DNA of 64,000 nucleotides from Lepidodermella squamata. Taxonomy: Eukaryota; Animalia; Gastrotricha. The translations under genes were made by a program, and so were the position numbers. Of this stretch, positions 35,984-50,638 are shown piece after piece (position 1 is the first letter of the stretch; each line of letters opens with the position of its first letter). Location: contig JBLDXI010000054.1 of assembly GCA_047495785.1 (NCBI GenBank), forward strand, positions 4,030,001 through 4,094,000, in the 5' to 3' direction. The notes beneath the pieces were generated by a model. That model had not been told where the DNA came from, did no database searches, and worked only from the letters and a program-made list of their open reading frames with translations.

Positions 35984-37450
35984 CTAAAGAATGGAAAATG
36001 ATATTTTATCAGAAAATGGCAATTTACAAGCCAAGGTGAGAAAATAAGCGAAATTAAGGAGTCCCATTGCCTGGGAAGTGCAAGAACTGAAGAATCAAGT
36101 CCTTAGCGTAATTCGAAAATTTCATGCATCAACAAAGCGGTTCGTTATTCTATAAGCATTCTTGTTCGAAAACTCAGGTCGCCAGCATAGACCGCGATGC
36201 AGTAACAGAGATAAGAAATGGGGGTGCAAAGGCGCCAGTCACGTCTGAACAAGGTATTCTTAGAATATTCGGTTGTTGCCGTGCTTAACGAACATCATAA
36301 AACAACACTAAAAGCTCATTCAAGAAGATAGTTATATAGTAGAAACAGCACGATCTCTCGATATAATGACATTAGCTTAAGGGAAAGTTATACTTACGTA
36401 TTCACCTATGAGGACCTGAGTACCATTTAGTACCTATGTAAGATGCCACCTTGGTCCAGTTTTGGCCCAGTTTTGGAATGATTGCGCACCCCGATCATCC
36501 CCGCAAGCCGCAAGTGACCCCACTCTAACCTGCCAGCCTGCCCTGCCTCAGCGCACTCCCTAGCTGCTGATGGGCTAGCTGCTGACCCGGATATAATGCC
36601 TGTGGAACAAAAATTAGCGCGCCTCTAGATGAGAATATTCATCACGTATATTGGTTTCAAGAATTATTCAATTCTAAAAAATGTATCTATTTTTGTCCAA
36701 ATTCATCGTTGATGAGTTATGTTTGCGGAAAATTTCGCTTGCATCATGAGGGTGGGTGCAATCGCGCCTGAATCATCGCGCGTTGGACGGATTGCTCTCA
36801 GATCGGACAACCTGGCTTATGGCTTATGGCCAACCGCACACTCATTCTTCATTCCTGATATTTCCTGTCTCCTGTCTCCGAAGTTATATTCCAATGCCAT
36901 AGTTGTTTTGGGCCCTATGTTCTACGCTTCTAACTAACTACTAATCTTAAGCTTCTAAAAAAAAATCCGCGAAAATATTAGCCCCGCGGAAATGTTCGCG
37001 TCTACAGTGGTGCACGATGCTCTGTTCTGTGAACAGATGAAAGCCTGGCATCAGTAAGGCTCGCTGATGCTGTATTCGGTTGTATTATTACCTTTCAACC
37101 TTTTGTTCCTGCCGTTTAGTTAGTGGCACATAGCTTCAGACTCAGCTTTCAACCGGTGCTTTGTTCATTCAGATTGGATTACTCCATACTCCATGTGACG
37201 TAAGTATACTACTTACATGAACCCTTTCGCATTCCCCAGTTTGCACTTCCTCTGCAATTTTTGTTAAAGATGTCGTCCTTGTTGCTCGTCATAAATCCTT
37301 CAATAACCCAAGGAGGTTCATTGCTCGTAATATAATCTTAATATAATTTTATCATGATTTTACGTTATAAAGACGAATTTACCTTTTTTATAGCCATGCG
37401 ATTTTAGCTTTATTCTATTAATAAACTGTTATATTTAAATGTTCTTATAA

Positions 37451-38832
37451 ATGGGAAATCGAAAGAAGCAACGCACTAAAGAGCCTTCAGCTGGCAGAAG
37501 TTCAGACTCGCCAGCTGAAGATGATAATCTAGAGAACGCTAGTAATATGTCAGTAATATCCGATGGTGGCCATAGCAGTGTTCATTTGGGTTCAGGCGAG
37601 GACGGTGAGCAAGATATCGAGGCCGCCGCCGAGAGTCACGTCGCATCCGAGGACGCTTTTGCCGATGCTCTGGACGGACTGACTGCCTCAAGCAGCGCGT
37701 CTCGCGAGAAGGCACTGAGCAACATGAAGAAGATGTTACAAATGAAGTGCTTTGCCATATCCAATGTTATCAGCAAGAACTACGAAACGCTCAGTGACGC
37801 TCTGACCAACTGCGTGAAACGAGGGAAGAATCAAGAGTGCATGATAGCAGCTCACTGCCTTTCACTTCTATGTACTCAGCTCGTCAACCTCGTCGATTGT
37901 GATGTTGAAAAGTTCTACCTCAGCCATCTCAAGCCTGTGCTGCGACAAATGCTCGCTGACGAGTCATTTCCCCCAAACGATAGATCTGCAATCGCTGCTA
38001 GCCTCGGTCTAGCATGCTATAGTTGTAGCGAAGATGCTAAGGAAGTGGAATCTGTGATGCAGCTTTTGGAGGCCGTTTTTATTGGCTCGGCACTTAAGGG
38101 CGACGGCACCGTTCGTCAAATTACCCCTCAGCTCGCGCATTTACACCATTCTGCCTTATTGTCGTGGGCCATTCTGTTTTCCAGAGATTGCTTCCTTGTT
38201 CCTGACAGGTTAAATATACTTTATTGCTTATGATTTACCTTCAATTTTTTCTGCTTTTTAACTGTAGCACGTTGATGAAAATAGCCGAGCTGCTTCAATC
38301 ACCGCATTTGGACGTAAGAATCAGCGCTGGCGAAACGCTGGCTTTAGTCTATGAAATGAGACGTCAAGGCGTCGAAAATTATCGCCTTCACAACCACCGC
38401 GAGTTATGCGAGCGCTTACAGGCTATGGCTCACGAAGGCCAGAAAAGCAAGGCTAAGAAGGATCTGCGGCTTCAACGGTCTTCCTTCCGAGATATTGTTG
38501 AATACATCAGCGGTCGCTTCCCTGAGCCAAACGTAGAGAGCGTGAAAATCGACAAAACCGACCAATTGGAACTTGTTTCATGGGCTGACAAGCTGATGTA
38601 CCACGTGCTCTGCGGTGTTTTCGAAAATGGTCTCAAGCGCCACTTGCAAGAAAACGTCTATATTCGCGAGCATGTGTTTGGCCTTGAGCCGTACGCGCCG
38701 GTACTAACCGTCGGCGATGATAAAACCCTGAAAACCGAGCTGAAGCGATGCCGTCGCCTCGAGGATCATGCCCGCAGTTTGGCGCGTGCCAAAGGACGAG
38801 CTAAGCGCGTAGCTTCCTTTTCCGCCCAATGA
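37451..38832 (+). CDS. IFRD1: Interferon-related developmental regulator; exons 37451-38208 and 38268-38832
   Basis: LKGDG, LH.SALLSW, DVRISAGETLALVYE, KAKKDLRLQRSSFRDI and HLQEN..IRE.VFGL motifs. Confidence 0.9.
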
Positions 38833-41800
38833 GACGCCATGACCAGAGATCGCTTCAAGTGCCGTTTTACGTCTTTAGTCTCTCTCTATCTCGTTAGGAT
38901 TCTTTTAGAAAAATCTGTAGTTTTCAACTTGCACATGGATTAACTTAGCTATGCATTGCAGCCAAATTGTATGCGTTTTTAAAGACTATTACTAACGAAA
39001 TCGCTCGTATTACTTATTGTTGACTCGATACCTCTATAGTCGATTGTTAAACCGATTTGTGCTTACCCGACTACATGAAATACATTGTGGCTGCTGCGTT
39101 TTGCCCCGTTTCTTCGAATAACAGAACGCCGGTGATTTTTCTGTTTCTGGGTGTCTTGATAATGTATATGAAAACAAAACATATTGAAGCTATTCTTTCC
39201 CATGGCTCTTTCGATTTATAGTGTTTTCTAATGTGGATATCTATTAATCGGCTGAAGGCGCAGCAGAACGCTTATTTTTGTCTTCATCAAGACCGAATGT
39301 ATTTTCAGGCACTCACTCTAGAACAACATGTCAAGCTGTTACAAAATGTTTAGCTAAAAATTGCTTCATTTGCGGATATTGAGTCTTCAAATCGGTTACA
39401 CTTATTGAGAGTTGAGGAGGTTCCAAGCTTACATGTTTCTTGTTATATTGTCACTGTTGGTGTAATCTTATTGTAATGAAAAAGCTCTAATGAATTCCGA
39501 GAAGCGAATTTGAGTTTATGTAAAATGGATCGAGAGACGAATATAATAAACTTATTTAACGTGAAGAATAATTTTGACATTTTTTTTTACCTGTTAATGA
39601 AAGTAACTAATGGCTTATTAGTATATAAATACCTTGAATTTCATCGAAAAAATCCCAGGCCCGAGATTTATTTGAGCTCTGGTGACCTAGAGCTGGATTG
39701 TGTTAATAACACTAAGTAGAAATTGATCGTCACGCTATGCACGATGAAGGTGAGGTACGTCACGAAATTTTTCATGCCTAGGTTAACTACTGAAAGCACC
39801 TGTGCACTCATTCACGGAGATCCAGTGCGTTAATTAGCCAAGTTCGAACATACGACATCATCTCACTATTTGCTTTGACGAGCCGTATCTTCTACTTAAG
39901 TTTTACGGCTCATGTACGCAAATTTCGATCCACACCCACTACATGTATGAACGTAAGTAAACGTCATACATAAATACGCCAGCAGAGCTAATTTTGATTC
40001 ACAAATTCGATTCACAAACACTCACGGTGCGCAAACATTACGCAGATATTTTTTTTTATTTTGCATAGCGAGGAGAACTACTGGCCGAGACGGATAAATT
40101 ATTCAGAATTATTTTATGCATGGTCCACAGTAGTTCGATATTAGTGCATCTGCGCAAAATTACTAAATTTTTTAGCGACTGATTCCTCTGGCCAGTCAAG
40201 TTCGATTTGTCATCATTGTTCATCGAGAGCAGACACATCCGATATGTTGTAGGTGGATGACGAACCCTGTCATATCTTACAGATTCATTCATTTTTACCC
40301 CATAGTATAGAGTATATGAAGAAATGTCATCAGCGAATAGACTTGTAGTAAAATCTCTCAATTTATAGGAATACGGCGGTCATTATGAGTCGCGGCCCGC
40401 ATACAATATGCGATATTTCATTCATATGTAGCACAATTCATTCCACATTATCAGGGGGCATATAATTTCATGATATCTTTGCTCTATTTTCAGGGCGTGG
40501 GTTGCGCTCTGTCGTTATTCATTGGCGTAGAAAAAAAACTCTCGATTCATTCATCTCCATTACAGTTACAGACTTGATGCCGCAGATAAAAAATACCCAG
40601 CCAACTAGCGTGACCAGCTTACGCCTACCTGTACAGAGTTGTTATCTACTCACTAGTGCAACCTATTTCGCACACTGCTATTCTTATTGTATAGGCAAAA
40701 CTCTTTATACCTTTTATATTTCGCCCCATGGTTTATTTTTCGACAATTATTTTAAGACGCAGGGAAATGCACGTACCACTGAATAAATCGTCGGGCAATC
40801 AATATCGGTAAAATTTGTCCCCTGCTGAACCATCTACCCGACAGATCAATTTAGCAGTTAAGCTTCGGGCAACTAATGTAAAGCACCGAATTAATAATGC
40901 ATGGGCGTGGGATGAGTTCCTTTCCAGCAGGTGCGAATGGTTCAAATGTGGCAGCGGATACGATCTTAAACTTTGCTTTGTGGGATGGTGTCTGCGCATT
41001 AATTGCATCTCCTTAGGTGGGGCGTATATCATTACCAAAAAATCTGTTTGCTTTTTTTACCGATTGCGCATGCCCGCAGGTTTCCTATGCTTCTGTATCA
41101 GGTACTAGAAATTTCTTCATAAATTTGTTAAATATTCGAATTGCGCTCCCATACTGCGCGATCATTAAAAGCTGGGAATGTACAAGAAAATTGATTCATA
41201 CTTTATTTTCATATAGCCGTGCGCTTTTATTGCGCTTGCCACGCTTCGGTTGTTCACAGCCGTGTTAGGTGAATAGGCAATTTTATCGAATATGGGAATA
41301 CATTTTTACTACGCATGTTGCTTGCCTCTAATTTTACGCGCAGCGCTTTGCAATATTTATGCGATCAGAGTGATCGTGGCAGAGCGTTCGATCTCGAAAT
41401 AGGGGTGCTTCATCATAATCGCGATGAATGGCGGCGAAGCAATACCTACGCATGAAGTCGTTAGGTGGCTGCTATGAAAACTTAATGCAATCCTTCACCT
41501 TTTTGCATTGTATCTTCGCTGTTGATGAGGCCTCCGCCACCTCTTCCTAGTACGTCTGTAGCTAATTCACACAGGCTGCACCACGTTGTTGTGTTGATTT
41601 GTCTCCCATGTACTCAAAGCACCGGAATGTGATTTTGCCCGCGAAGAGTTGAAATCAAGAATGCGCGTTTTTTAATTGCTTCGTTAAACCTTAGCCCTCT
41701 TGGTAGAATTTAAATACTTCTTCGGCGAAGTAATGTCTGACATCTTAGAATTTGCTTCTCTCGGCTACTAATTAACCACGTATTTCGTATGCATTGCTGT

Positions 41801-44800
41801 CATTCATCAGTACATATGACACTTGTATTCATGTCATTTTTTTCTACCTTGTAAAGGTAAAATCCCCCACAAGGCCTGTGGGTGGAGTTGGGTGTTGCTG
41901 AACGTGATTAAAGCCTGAATAGAGAATGCCCCCTTCGTCTAATTAACCTTTGAGCTAGACGTCATCACATTTTTTAGAAATAGATATTGGAATTGTATTA
42001 GGTCAAATAATCACCAAACACAAGGGCAAATCTTAGGCTGCAGCTTCCCCTGAGTTGAGCTGTTGAGCGTGGTCTTCGCCATATTTTATCATCAGACCCA
42101 GCTTTCTAAATGGCTGGTGTATTTTTCAAACGATATGTCTTTGGCATAACATCATATTTCAGAATTATTATAGCGGTCAGCTATGCACTAGAGGCTTAAA
42201 GAGAAAAATCAGACAGTGGTAATCTTACTACAGCTCTTATCGATGCGCATTAGGAAGCATGTAAATATATGAGCCTGCGCGCGTTTAGCGGAAATTAGAA
42301 AAATTCCGATTTCGGCCTATTGGCTCTCTCTCTCATTCTGCATACGCTTAAACCCAAGCTTGATTCCATTGATTGTTCTGCAAGTTTATACGCGATAATT
42401 GTTATGCGCTCGTCGATTTTTACTTATAAATATAATATCGATCGTCAGCGGCTACGCATCACGCAAACGTTGGCAGTAGATCGCCGCATATATTGCAGTG
42501 CTATTTGAATTTTGGCCAGCTTCCGCCTGCTTTCGTTCATTTTTTCCCTCTTCATCATCTTCGTCGCGGTCTCGCTCGTTTTTTGCCCATTATTGGCAAA
42601 GTTTGCATAATGTTCACGTATGTACACGATAAGTATAAACTCCACGCGCCTAATATTTATGGCTCTCAGTCTATGTGTATTTGCGTTTTTTTCGCGCGTG
42701 CGCGCTTCTGCATCGCGTTTTACGGCGCACACACGATTGCTGCCGCGTGGAAAATAATAATATAATGCCCAGCCATTGAATCGCCTCGTAGTGATGTTAG
42801 GAGATGCGGAACTGCGCGCGTTTTTTCCACCCTCCCTCTCGTTCCATCACATGTATACGCGTTCAATAGCTTTATTATTTTTCCATTATTATTATTTTTT
42901 ATTTCTCGCTTACGTTCGCTCACATGAACATTCAATTTACGCTTCAACGCTTGTTGTGATGCAATCATCAGTTTTCACTTATTATACGCAACTAAAAAAA
43001 GCCTTTTGTCGTCGGCTGTTTTTTGTTCGCCACGCGATAACAAAATCCGCTCTCGGTTAAACATTGTTTTTTATTTTTTCCGATGAACGTATAATATTTA
43101 CGTCTGCAGTGTCGACGCTCGAGCTGTTCATGTATATAGCATAACGTATAACAACGCCGTTTTGTTATAATCAAGCAAAAAACAATGCGTTGGGCTCTAT
43201 TATAATGGGGCGGGCAAATCTCTCGTAGCAACATGCCCCAGTGTTCAAATGTTTTACGTGATGAAAGTGCTGCGAGCCGTCGTTATTGCTCGGGATCAGT
43301 TTTTTCATCACAATACTACTACTATTCATACAACCGCCGATATCGCGAGCTGTTTGTTTTACATTTTCATTCTACATATTTGTATAGTATTATTAGCAAT
43401 CTGTCTGCTATAGTTGGCGCTGCTGAGGTTATGTGGTGTATTTTGCATTAATACTGAAGCCAGCGGGCCCGTAACATACGGCGCATTATTTTCTACTCCA
43501 AAGGCATCACCGCTCCATTTCCGCGCGGTTCCGCACTGCGCGAACAAAAAGGTGCGTGAGCTCTTAGCAGCGTTTTTTTCGCAATACAACTCGACCAAAA
43601 TCGTATACACTGCTTTTGAGCATGGTCGGCCTTTAATGCTCAGCGTAATTCATTAATGCTAGTACACATTTTCAACCCGCACTTGCAGCGTGAGTGATCA
43701 GACGCGAATTCATTCAGCGAAATTTTGGGTATACGCCTCATTTAATGGCTCGACAAAAACTACTCTCCGAAGCTATTATAATCCCTGCCAAATTTTTCGA
43801 ACTCGTTTTATTATCCCCGAATGCTATCTGAAAATAGAAACATGTCGTTATTTATAATTAATAATTTTTATCGGGCTTTATCTTAGTTCTCTGATAGGGA
43901 ATCGGCACTTTGAAGTTTGTCCTAAGCTCGTAAAACTACCTTCAAGGCCCCTCAATATCTGTAATGAATGTTTTTAGAAGTAATTATAATTCGATCATCC
44001 CATCCCTATCTCGATTAAAACTTTAATCTCCATTCAGAATGTGGACATGAGACGGATTCTCTCTTTATAATGAAAAATTGCCTTTAATGCCGTCGGTTAT
44101 TCATCATTAAATAAAATAGGAGAGTTGGCAGCGATGGCAAAATAAGCATCAGTTCTAGAAAGGTGAAGAATAATCAGCGAAACATATAAGGAACTCCTCC
44201 GCGCCGTGTTGCCTCCGCCGTCGTTCTTTATTTCGTCGAATTTCAATGACAGGAAGCGAGGATAGAAAATACAATCGCATCGACGGCGATTTCACGTCGC
44301 TTGACGATTGCTTACTCATTATTATATTTTATTATTATTATTTCTACTATATTACTAGGTATTATGATTACTTTTTCCGCGCGCGTGCATTGTCGCCATG
44401 GAAAATTTACGGCGACGTGAAACTGAATGATTAGCATGTTTACGATGAACAGGTAAACTTGATCACCTACCCGCTTGTGTGACTCGTAACTCAATACGAT
44501 CGCCTCCTCATGCGAATCATACATATATTTATGATTTTGTGTAGCCTGCCATCATCAAATGTGATAAAGCTTTTCGCCATCATCGCAGTTCTCATGCCGC
44601 GTCTGAGGATCTTCAAATGCAAGACGAGCATGTTATTATGTATTATAGAGGAACATCGCCCGCTGAATCGTAGGAGGCGCGTCGCGTTTTTTCTCGCGCT
44701 ACTTCGATTTCTCAGTCGCATCGCCGACAGGTGAGAATAGCGCCACACACATCCGCATACACATATATATTACGAGTTTTTCCACCCGCTGCTACTCGAA

Positions 44801-45384
44801 AAATGATGATCAATATACGCCTTTTTTCATCAGCTAATCCGTAACTACTGACTATACCTCCTAAGCCATCGTTTTTTAATGTTATATGACAATTTTTTAG
44901 TGCTACTTTCGTTAAAAGATAAGATAATCTTAGGGCCGTTCAGAGGTTTCCCTCCAACAGTTTTTTAGAGGAATTAATCCGCTGTTGTAGTTCAACTTTA
45001 ATCACGCCATTATAAAGGATTGGTTATATTTTGCTAACCAGTTTTTCTAGCGTTGACACTGCTCTGATGAGCCTCATTAGTATTATCAGGTTTCGATCAA
45101 AGCTGCGTGTGAAAAATAGCTTTGTTAATCTTCTACGAGCTTGCCAAGTGTTGCCTGTGTAAATAAAATCGTCATCATCGAACATCAGGTGGTGCGCCGC
45201 TTCTACGGCGGAAGCTAACAGGCGCAACATGTCACCAGGATTAGCCCTCTAATGGTAATAATAGCAAAATCTTCTACTTCCGCCTTTTTCGTATTTAACA
45301 TATTTTTGTCGTTAGTCATTACCCAGACCATTACATCATTGTTAACAGCATTTTGCTTCAATTTCAATTTAGAAAAGTGTTGTT

Positions 45385-46975
45385 ATGCTTTCTGAGGTTG
45401 TATTGAACCACCATCTTGTTACTCCGACGGCAACTGGACCGGTGGTATCAACAACTGATATTCATCATCTACATTTGAAAAATCACCTGAACCTGAGCCT
45501 GAACGCCTTCACGGCTACGTCGTGCTCTGCTGCTGCCGCTGCTGCTGTTCTCATGGCTTCGTCGTCATCGTCGTCGTCGTCGTCTTCGACGCCGTCCATC
45601 GCCGACGAACATGCGACAACACACCACAACCCGGGCCTCGGCGCGACAGGCCAGTCCATCTCGCTGCCTGGCGCCACCGCTCTCGGCAAACCGAAGCGAT
45701 CCAAGCTTCGGCCACGCCTCTCGTTACGCATCGCGCTTTCATCATCGCAACAACCCACCGGCTCGTCGCCCATGTCGCCGTCTAGCGGCTTTCTTGCCAG
45801 CCCGGCCGGCCTCTCGTTCGACGGCTGCTTACCCCTCTCCCCCTCGATTCAGGCACATTTGCTTCAAAAATCCGAACCACTGCTCTCTGCGAGCGCGATC
45901 GACGAGCTTCAACCGGTTGAAATTTTGCCCAAATTATTCGTTGGCACAATGAAATCGGCGTCGGACCGCAGCCTTCTCGAACGACTCAACATTGGCTACG
46001 TGATCAATGTGACAACTAATTTGCCCAATTTCTTCGAAGAGCGATATCCAAGCAACTTCAAGTATCTCCGCATCCCCCTCGAGGACCATTGGTCCGGCGA
46101 AATTTCGCAATATATCGACGAAGCCATCTCATTTATCAGTAAGTGCTTTCACCCGCACTCATTTCCGCGCGCCATAAAAAAATTGGCTTATATTCAGCTG
46201 TGTACGGGTTATATATTGAGTGGGAGCGATGGGAAATTAAATTTTCCTAAAATACGCGAACCTTGCCATATCAACCTCTCAAGAATATTAATTCTTGACT
46301 CGACCGTACGCTACTGATTATTGATTAGTTGTTGAAAAGTGATGAAAATATACTGCTTTTCCTGTTTAATATTTGATTAATTACTAAACGTTTCAACATT
46401 AATGTCTTCTATTTTTTTCAGACAATGCTCGACGCAGCGATCGTGCTTGCCTCGTTCACTGCTTAGCTGGGCGCAGTCGCTCAGTTGCTATCGTATTGGC
46501 TTACATAATGTACACGTTCGCGTGCACCCTCGACGAAGCCTACGATCTTGTGAAAAGCCGAAAACCGGGCGTGGCGCCGGGCCTGCACTTTTTGCGCCAA
46601 CTACACGACTTCGAAAAGCGCTTCATCGACGCAAACAAGACGGTTGAAGCATCGAATTCGCCTAGGGATTCATCATGCGGCGGCTCTGGCTCCGATGAGT
46701 CTTCCGGTTGTTCCACGCCCTCGACCTCCATGTCACTGTCGTTGTTTGAATCAGCCGAACTTGCGGCGGCATCAGCGCGAGTGGCATCCGGCTCATCGAC
46801 GGCGACAGCCCTCGCTAACCCGCCACACGCGCCGCAGTGGAGCCGCGACCGGACCATCTGCCCGTCGTTACCATCCGTAGACAGCGCCTTCACCGACGAC
46901 CAAACACCCCCGGCGCCAACATCTTCACAGTCGTTCAACATATTCTCGACCGACGACAACAAAATGGATAGCTGA
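45385..46975 (+). CDS. MKP3/DUSP6-7-like dual-specificity phosphatase; exons 45385-46138 and 46422-46975
   Basis: PVEILPKLFVG...INVTTNLPNFFE...IPLEDHWS...EAISFI spliced to the catalytic VHCLAGRSRS and AYIM motifs. Confidence 0.9.
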
Positions 46976-48197
46976 GTTGTGTCGGGCCCCTCCATTTTTA
47001 ATTAGAAAAACGCTGATAAATTTTCTAAAAATGCAGTGCTATATTATTTCCCATCGAAGTGATGGACATTTTCTAAAATAACTGTGGATATCGCATTCAT
47101 GTCATTATTTTCGAGCCTGTAATCGTAATTTACCGTGTAACAAAATAACGAAGTAGTGGACCACTGCATCAGTCTTGATCAATCGCTATAAATTCAGGCA
47201 TGATTTCGTTCGAAAACTTGCTTCTACACCTGTTCACACTTGTTGATGTTTGATGTTATGATTCAGTTTTCATCAAGAGTGTTTGACACTTCCACGTTTT
47301 CTCGATAAAACAGCGGTAAAAATTGCGAGCGCGATACGCCAAGTCTTTCAACAAACATGTTGTATTGTTCAATAATGTTAACTTGATAAACTAGCACTGA
47401 TAAATTTTCGCTGTCGTTGATTTTATGTTAATCTCACTGGAAATATTTATATTGAAAATTTTACCAGTTGCTGCTTGGTTTTGTTGAAAACAACAGCGAT
47501 ATTGGTTTCTACAAACAGAATTTATTTGTTTCCGTTGAAATCGCCGTGAGCATCCCATTGAATCTTCGTTGCCTCACTCGTCAGTGAAAAGTAGCCATCA
47601 ATCTTTCGAACGCGGCCACATATGAAATATTCACTGGATGCACGAGCTATGAAATTCGATTACCAATCAGCTGCACTCTGCTTCTTCATGTGAAATGTTG
47701 TGTTACCACGTTGTGTCATGATCTATGATGCGATGAAAAATCAATCAGTCACCGTCGAAAATTATTGAAAATGCTATAACAATTTTAATCGATAAGTTTC
47801 TCTTTATTCTTACAGTTGTTGCATGATTTTTTTGTTGGAAGGAAGCATAATAACAATAAAATTTGACTGAAAAATGAGTATGATTTGATTTCAAATGAGT
47901 TGATGGTATCTCAAAATCCAAAACCTTCTTTTTCTTTAGCTGATTGGCGAGTTGGCGAGGTAGATAATCAGTACATGAAGCAATGTTGTTAGCGTCGCTG
48001 GATAACTTGGATATAAGCATGTCGTTTCACATTATAAAAACCGACCCGGAACTTCGTTTCGTGGAACGGGGGTCAACTAGTTACGCAAAATTGTATTTTT
48101 GTTATTTTTGCCTGGGCAGCAGCTGACATCATGGCTGACATGGTGATGTCAAAAGATTCCTCGTGTTTCTATGAACTATTTCCCCAAGTGTCAGGTG

Positions 48198-49794
48198 CAT
48201 AGACAATGATGGTACAGATCGGACACTCACGCACTTCGCATTGAAACACTAATTATGCGTGGATCGGCCATTATAAATCCGGCCGAAAAGTCGTTGTTCT
48301 CCTAAATTCTTGAAAAAAATATCGAAAAATCGGGCATTTTTTTACGTTTATAATGATCCAAGTCCCGTAGTGCGGTTCGATTTCGTTGCCGAGAAAATCA
48401 ATATCGAAAAATCGATTACTCACACTCTGTATTGTTGTGTTGCGTCATCGCGTGCCATGCTTACTCAATAAAAATAAGCATTCGAAAAATGTAAAGTTGT
48501 TGTGTGCATGTGTCATTAAAGTCAGCACTTCAGAGGAAATTTTTAAGGACGATTTCTTGAAATCTATTTCCTACCCATTTTTATTGAGTTTCATTTGTTG
48601 CGACGATAGCAGCCAAAAGGTGAGTGATGATCCTCCTTAAATTGTGCTCATTTTTATTTTTTTTCCAAAATATTGAAACCGATAAAAATATTTAGTATAG
48701 GCTGCAAAATTGTGAAAGAAATTTGAAGTAGGTTTTATTATAAATCTATGAAACAAAATCTCATTTATTGGAAAATAATTCGAAAATTGATTAAATTCAA
48801 TTTAAAATTTAAAAATTGATTTTTCCATAATTTTTTTGAATTTTTCGATATTTTTTTATTCAGACCAAGGTTGATTTTGCCTCGATAATTGAGACTTGAA
48901 TTATATGGAGATTTGTTCTTAACAACTTTATTTTCTTCTAGGTTGCTGAGCTTCATGATTTAACTGAATGGGACGAAATTGAAGCTGAAGACGAGTTACT
49001 GCAAAGAGGAATGGAGTACGAAGCAACGCTCCCCTAATTGGGGAAGAAATTATTGCCAACATTGGTGGATTTTGCGTCAAAAAACTTCTAACTGACAAGC
49101 TGAAATGCCCCGGCTGTATCGATTCCCTGACACGCGATTTCCTTCTGACTCCATGCCGTGTGATAAAGGGCTTCAGTTTCCGAAAACAAGACGGGAAATT
49201 ATGGTAATAAACATTTTGCTTGGAATTCGCTATCCAAAAGTTGTACGATTTCAGTCTCACTCGCCCGTCATTGACGGTATATCGAATCGTGAAATCAAGC
49301 TCAAAATGGGGCAGGTGGCTATGAAGCAACCGACGAAAAGCCGTAAAGCGGCTCAAAACCAAAACATGTGAATGAAAAATGAAAAACGCTTCAATTTTTT
49401 TCTATTTTGATATCTATCTACTATTTTTCGATCAACTTAAATTAAAGCTGAAAAATAGCAATAAAAATGGAGTATGCCACAGATGTTCGTTTTTCGTAAC
49501 AATCAAATTTTGAGTGGCGCTAAAAAAAACTTGAAAATAGACTTAACAACTGACAAAAATCGCTACAATCTTTTTTCCTAATTTAAAAATCATAGGGAAG
49601 GAACCGCACCTCGAAGTTTGCATCACTAGCATCCTTGAAAGATGAGGAATTTTTAGGTCCAAGTTTCAAAAAATTCCGAGGCCTACGACTATTTACACCT
49701 TTTAAATCAATGCATTCAATTTAGTGTGCAAATTTATGGTTTAACGTAAACAGGCAAGTGCGTGAGTGTCCGATCTGTTACATCATTGTCTATG
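48198..49794 (+). mobile_element. Internally deleted P-element-superfamily DNA transposon (1597 bp)
   Basis: 39-bp TIRs starting CATAGACAATGATG (48198-48236 and 49756-49794, 2 mismatches) and a perfect 8-bp TSD GTCAGGTG. An internal frameshifted remnant EEIIANIGGFCVKKLLTDKLKCPGCIDSL resembles the P-transposase C-terminal YIAGY..KL...C..C motif. Confidence 0.88.
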
Positions 49795-50638
49795 GTCAGG
49801 TGGCAGCCGATTCAAATGAAGATACGATTCAGATATTACAAGGTTATCGAATTCGACCTTCGAATTTTATTAATTATTTCGCTTTCCTAACTGGAGAACC
49901 AATAAATTTTGGAATTAATTAAAAAATCCGGACCAAGACCCCGGAAATCATGCCCGAAATTATCAGGCATTTGAGCTATTTTCTTGATTATTTTAGCATA
50001 CCCACAAGCAACCCTCAAAAACCGCGCGACCTCCTTCATACTAAGAGTTGCATGCTATATGATGCAAATGCTGCAGAAATCTGAAAATCGATTTCCCATT
50101 GTTAACATCCAAATGGCTAAAATAGCCCACTGTATACTAAGCCTGAAACAGATTCTGATACACCTTCAGTCTAAAATACATGAATGAAATACATTAATGA
50201 AGGAATTTTAATTTTACATTGGACATTGGAAAACAAAAATGTTGTAGCAAAAAACTCCTGCATGCACGACACAGTTTTTGTCGTTAGGGACGCTCGATTT
50301 AAAAATATTGCCGCCATAATTAATTGATCTCGACGTGCATTTTTCTTTTAATCAGAAATTGTGATAATAATAGAAAATAAATTATTACCTGCATTTTCAA
50401 TTTTTATGGCGGGTAATTTCAAATTCACTTTCCATCAGAAACCTGACAGAGCAAGGTTTTGGCACGAAAAGGTCGTTGAAAAGACGACGCTATCGGTTAG
50501 CGGCTATCCGATTTTTGTGTGTATCGCTAGGATGAAAGAGATTATTATCTCGCCTCAGTCGCCTTAAGTTTTCAGCCATCTTTGGCCACCAAGATAGCTT
50601 TACATAACAACAGTAGGTTGTTTGTTGTTTAACAGCTA

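Noticed and set aside
36389-36400. ATACTTAC resembling the U1 snRNA 5' end
   Set aside because: No U1 body follows. It is the reverse complement of a GTAAGTAT donor, which could supply a cis-spliced 5' UTR exon for MTRF1L.
45063-45100. CTGATGA followed by a stem, hammerhead-like
   Set aside because: No GAAA after stem II. The same failure applies at about 31664 and 58689.
39000-45300. Many 60-100 aa ORFs upstream of the DUSP and at 30.6-33 kb
   Set aside because: Non-ATG starts, no motifs and no consistent splice pattern; likely regulatory DNA.
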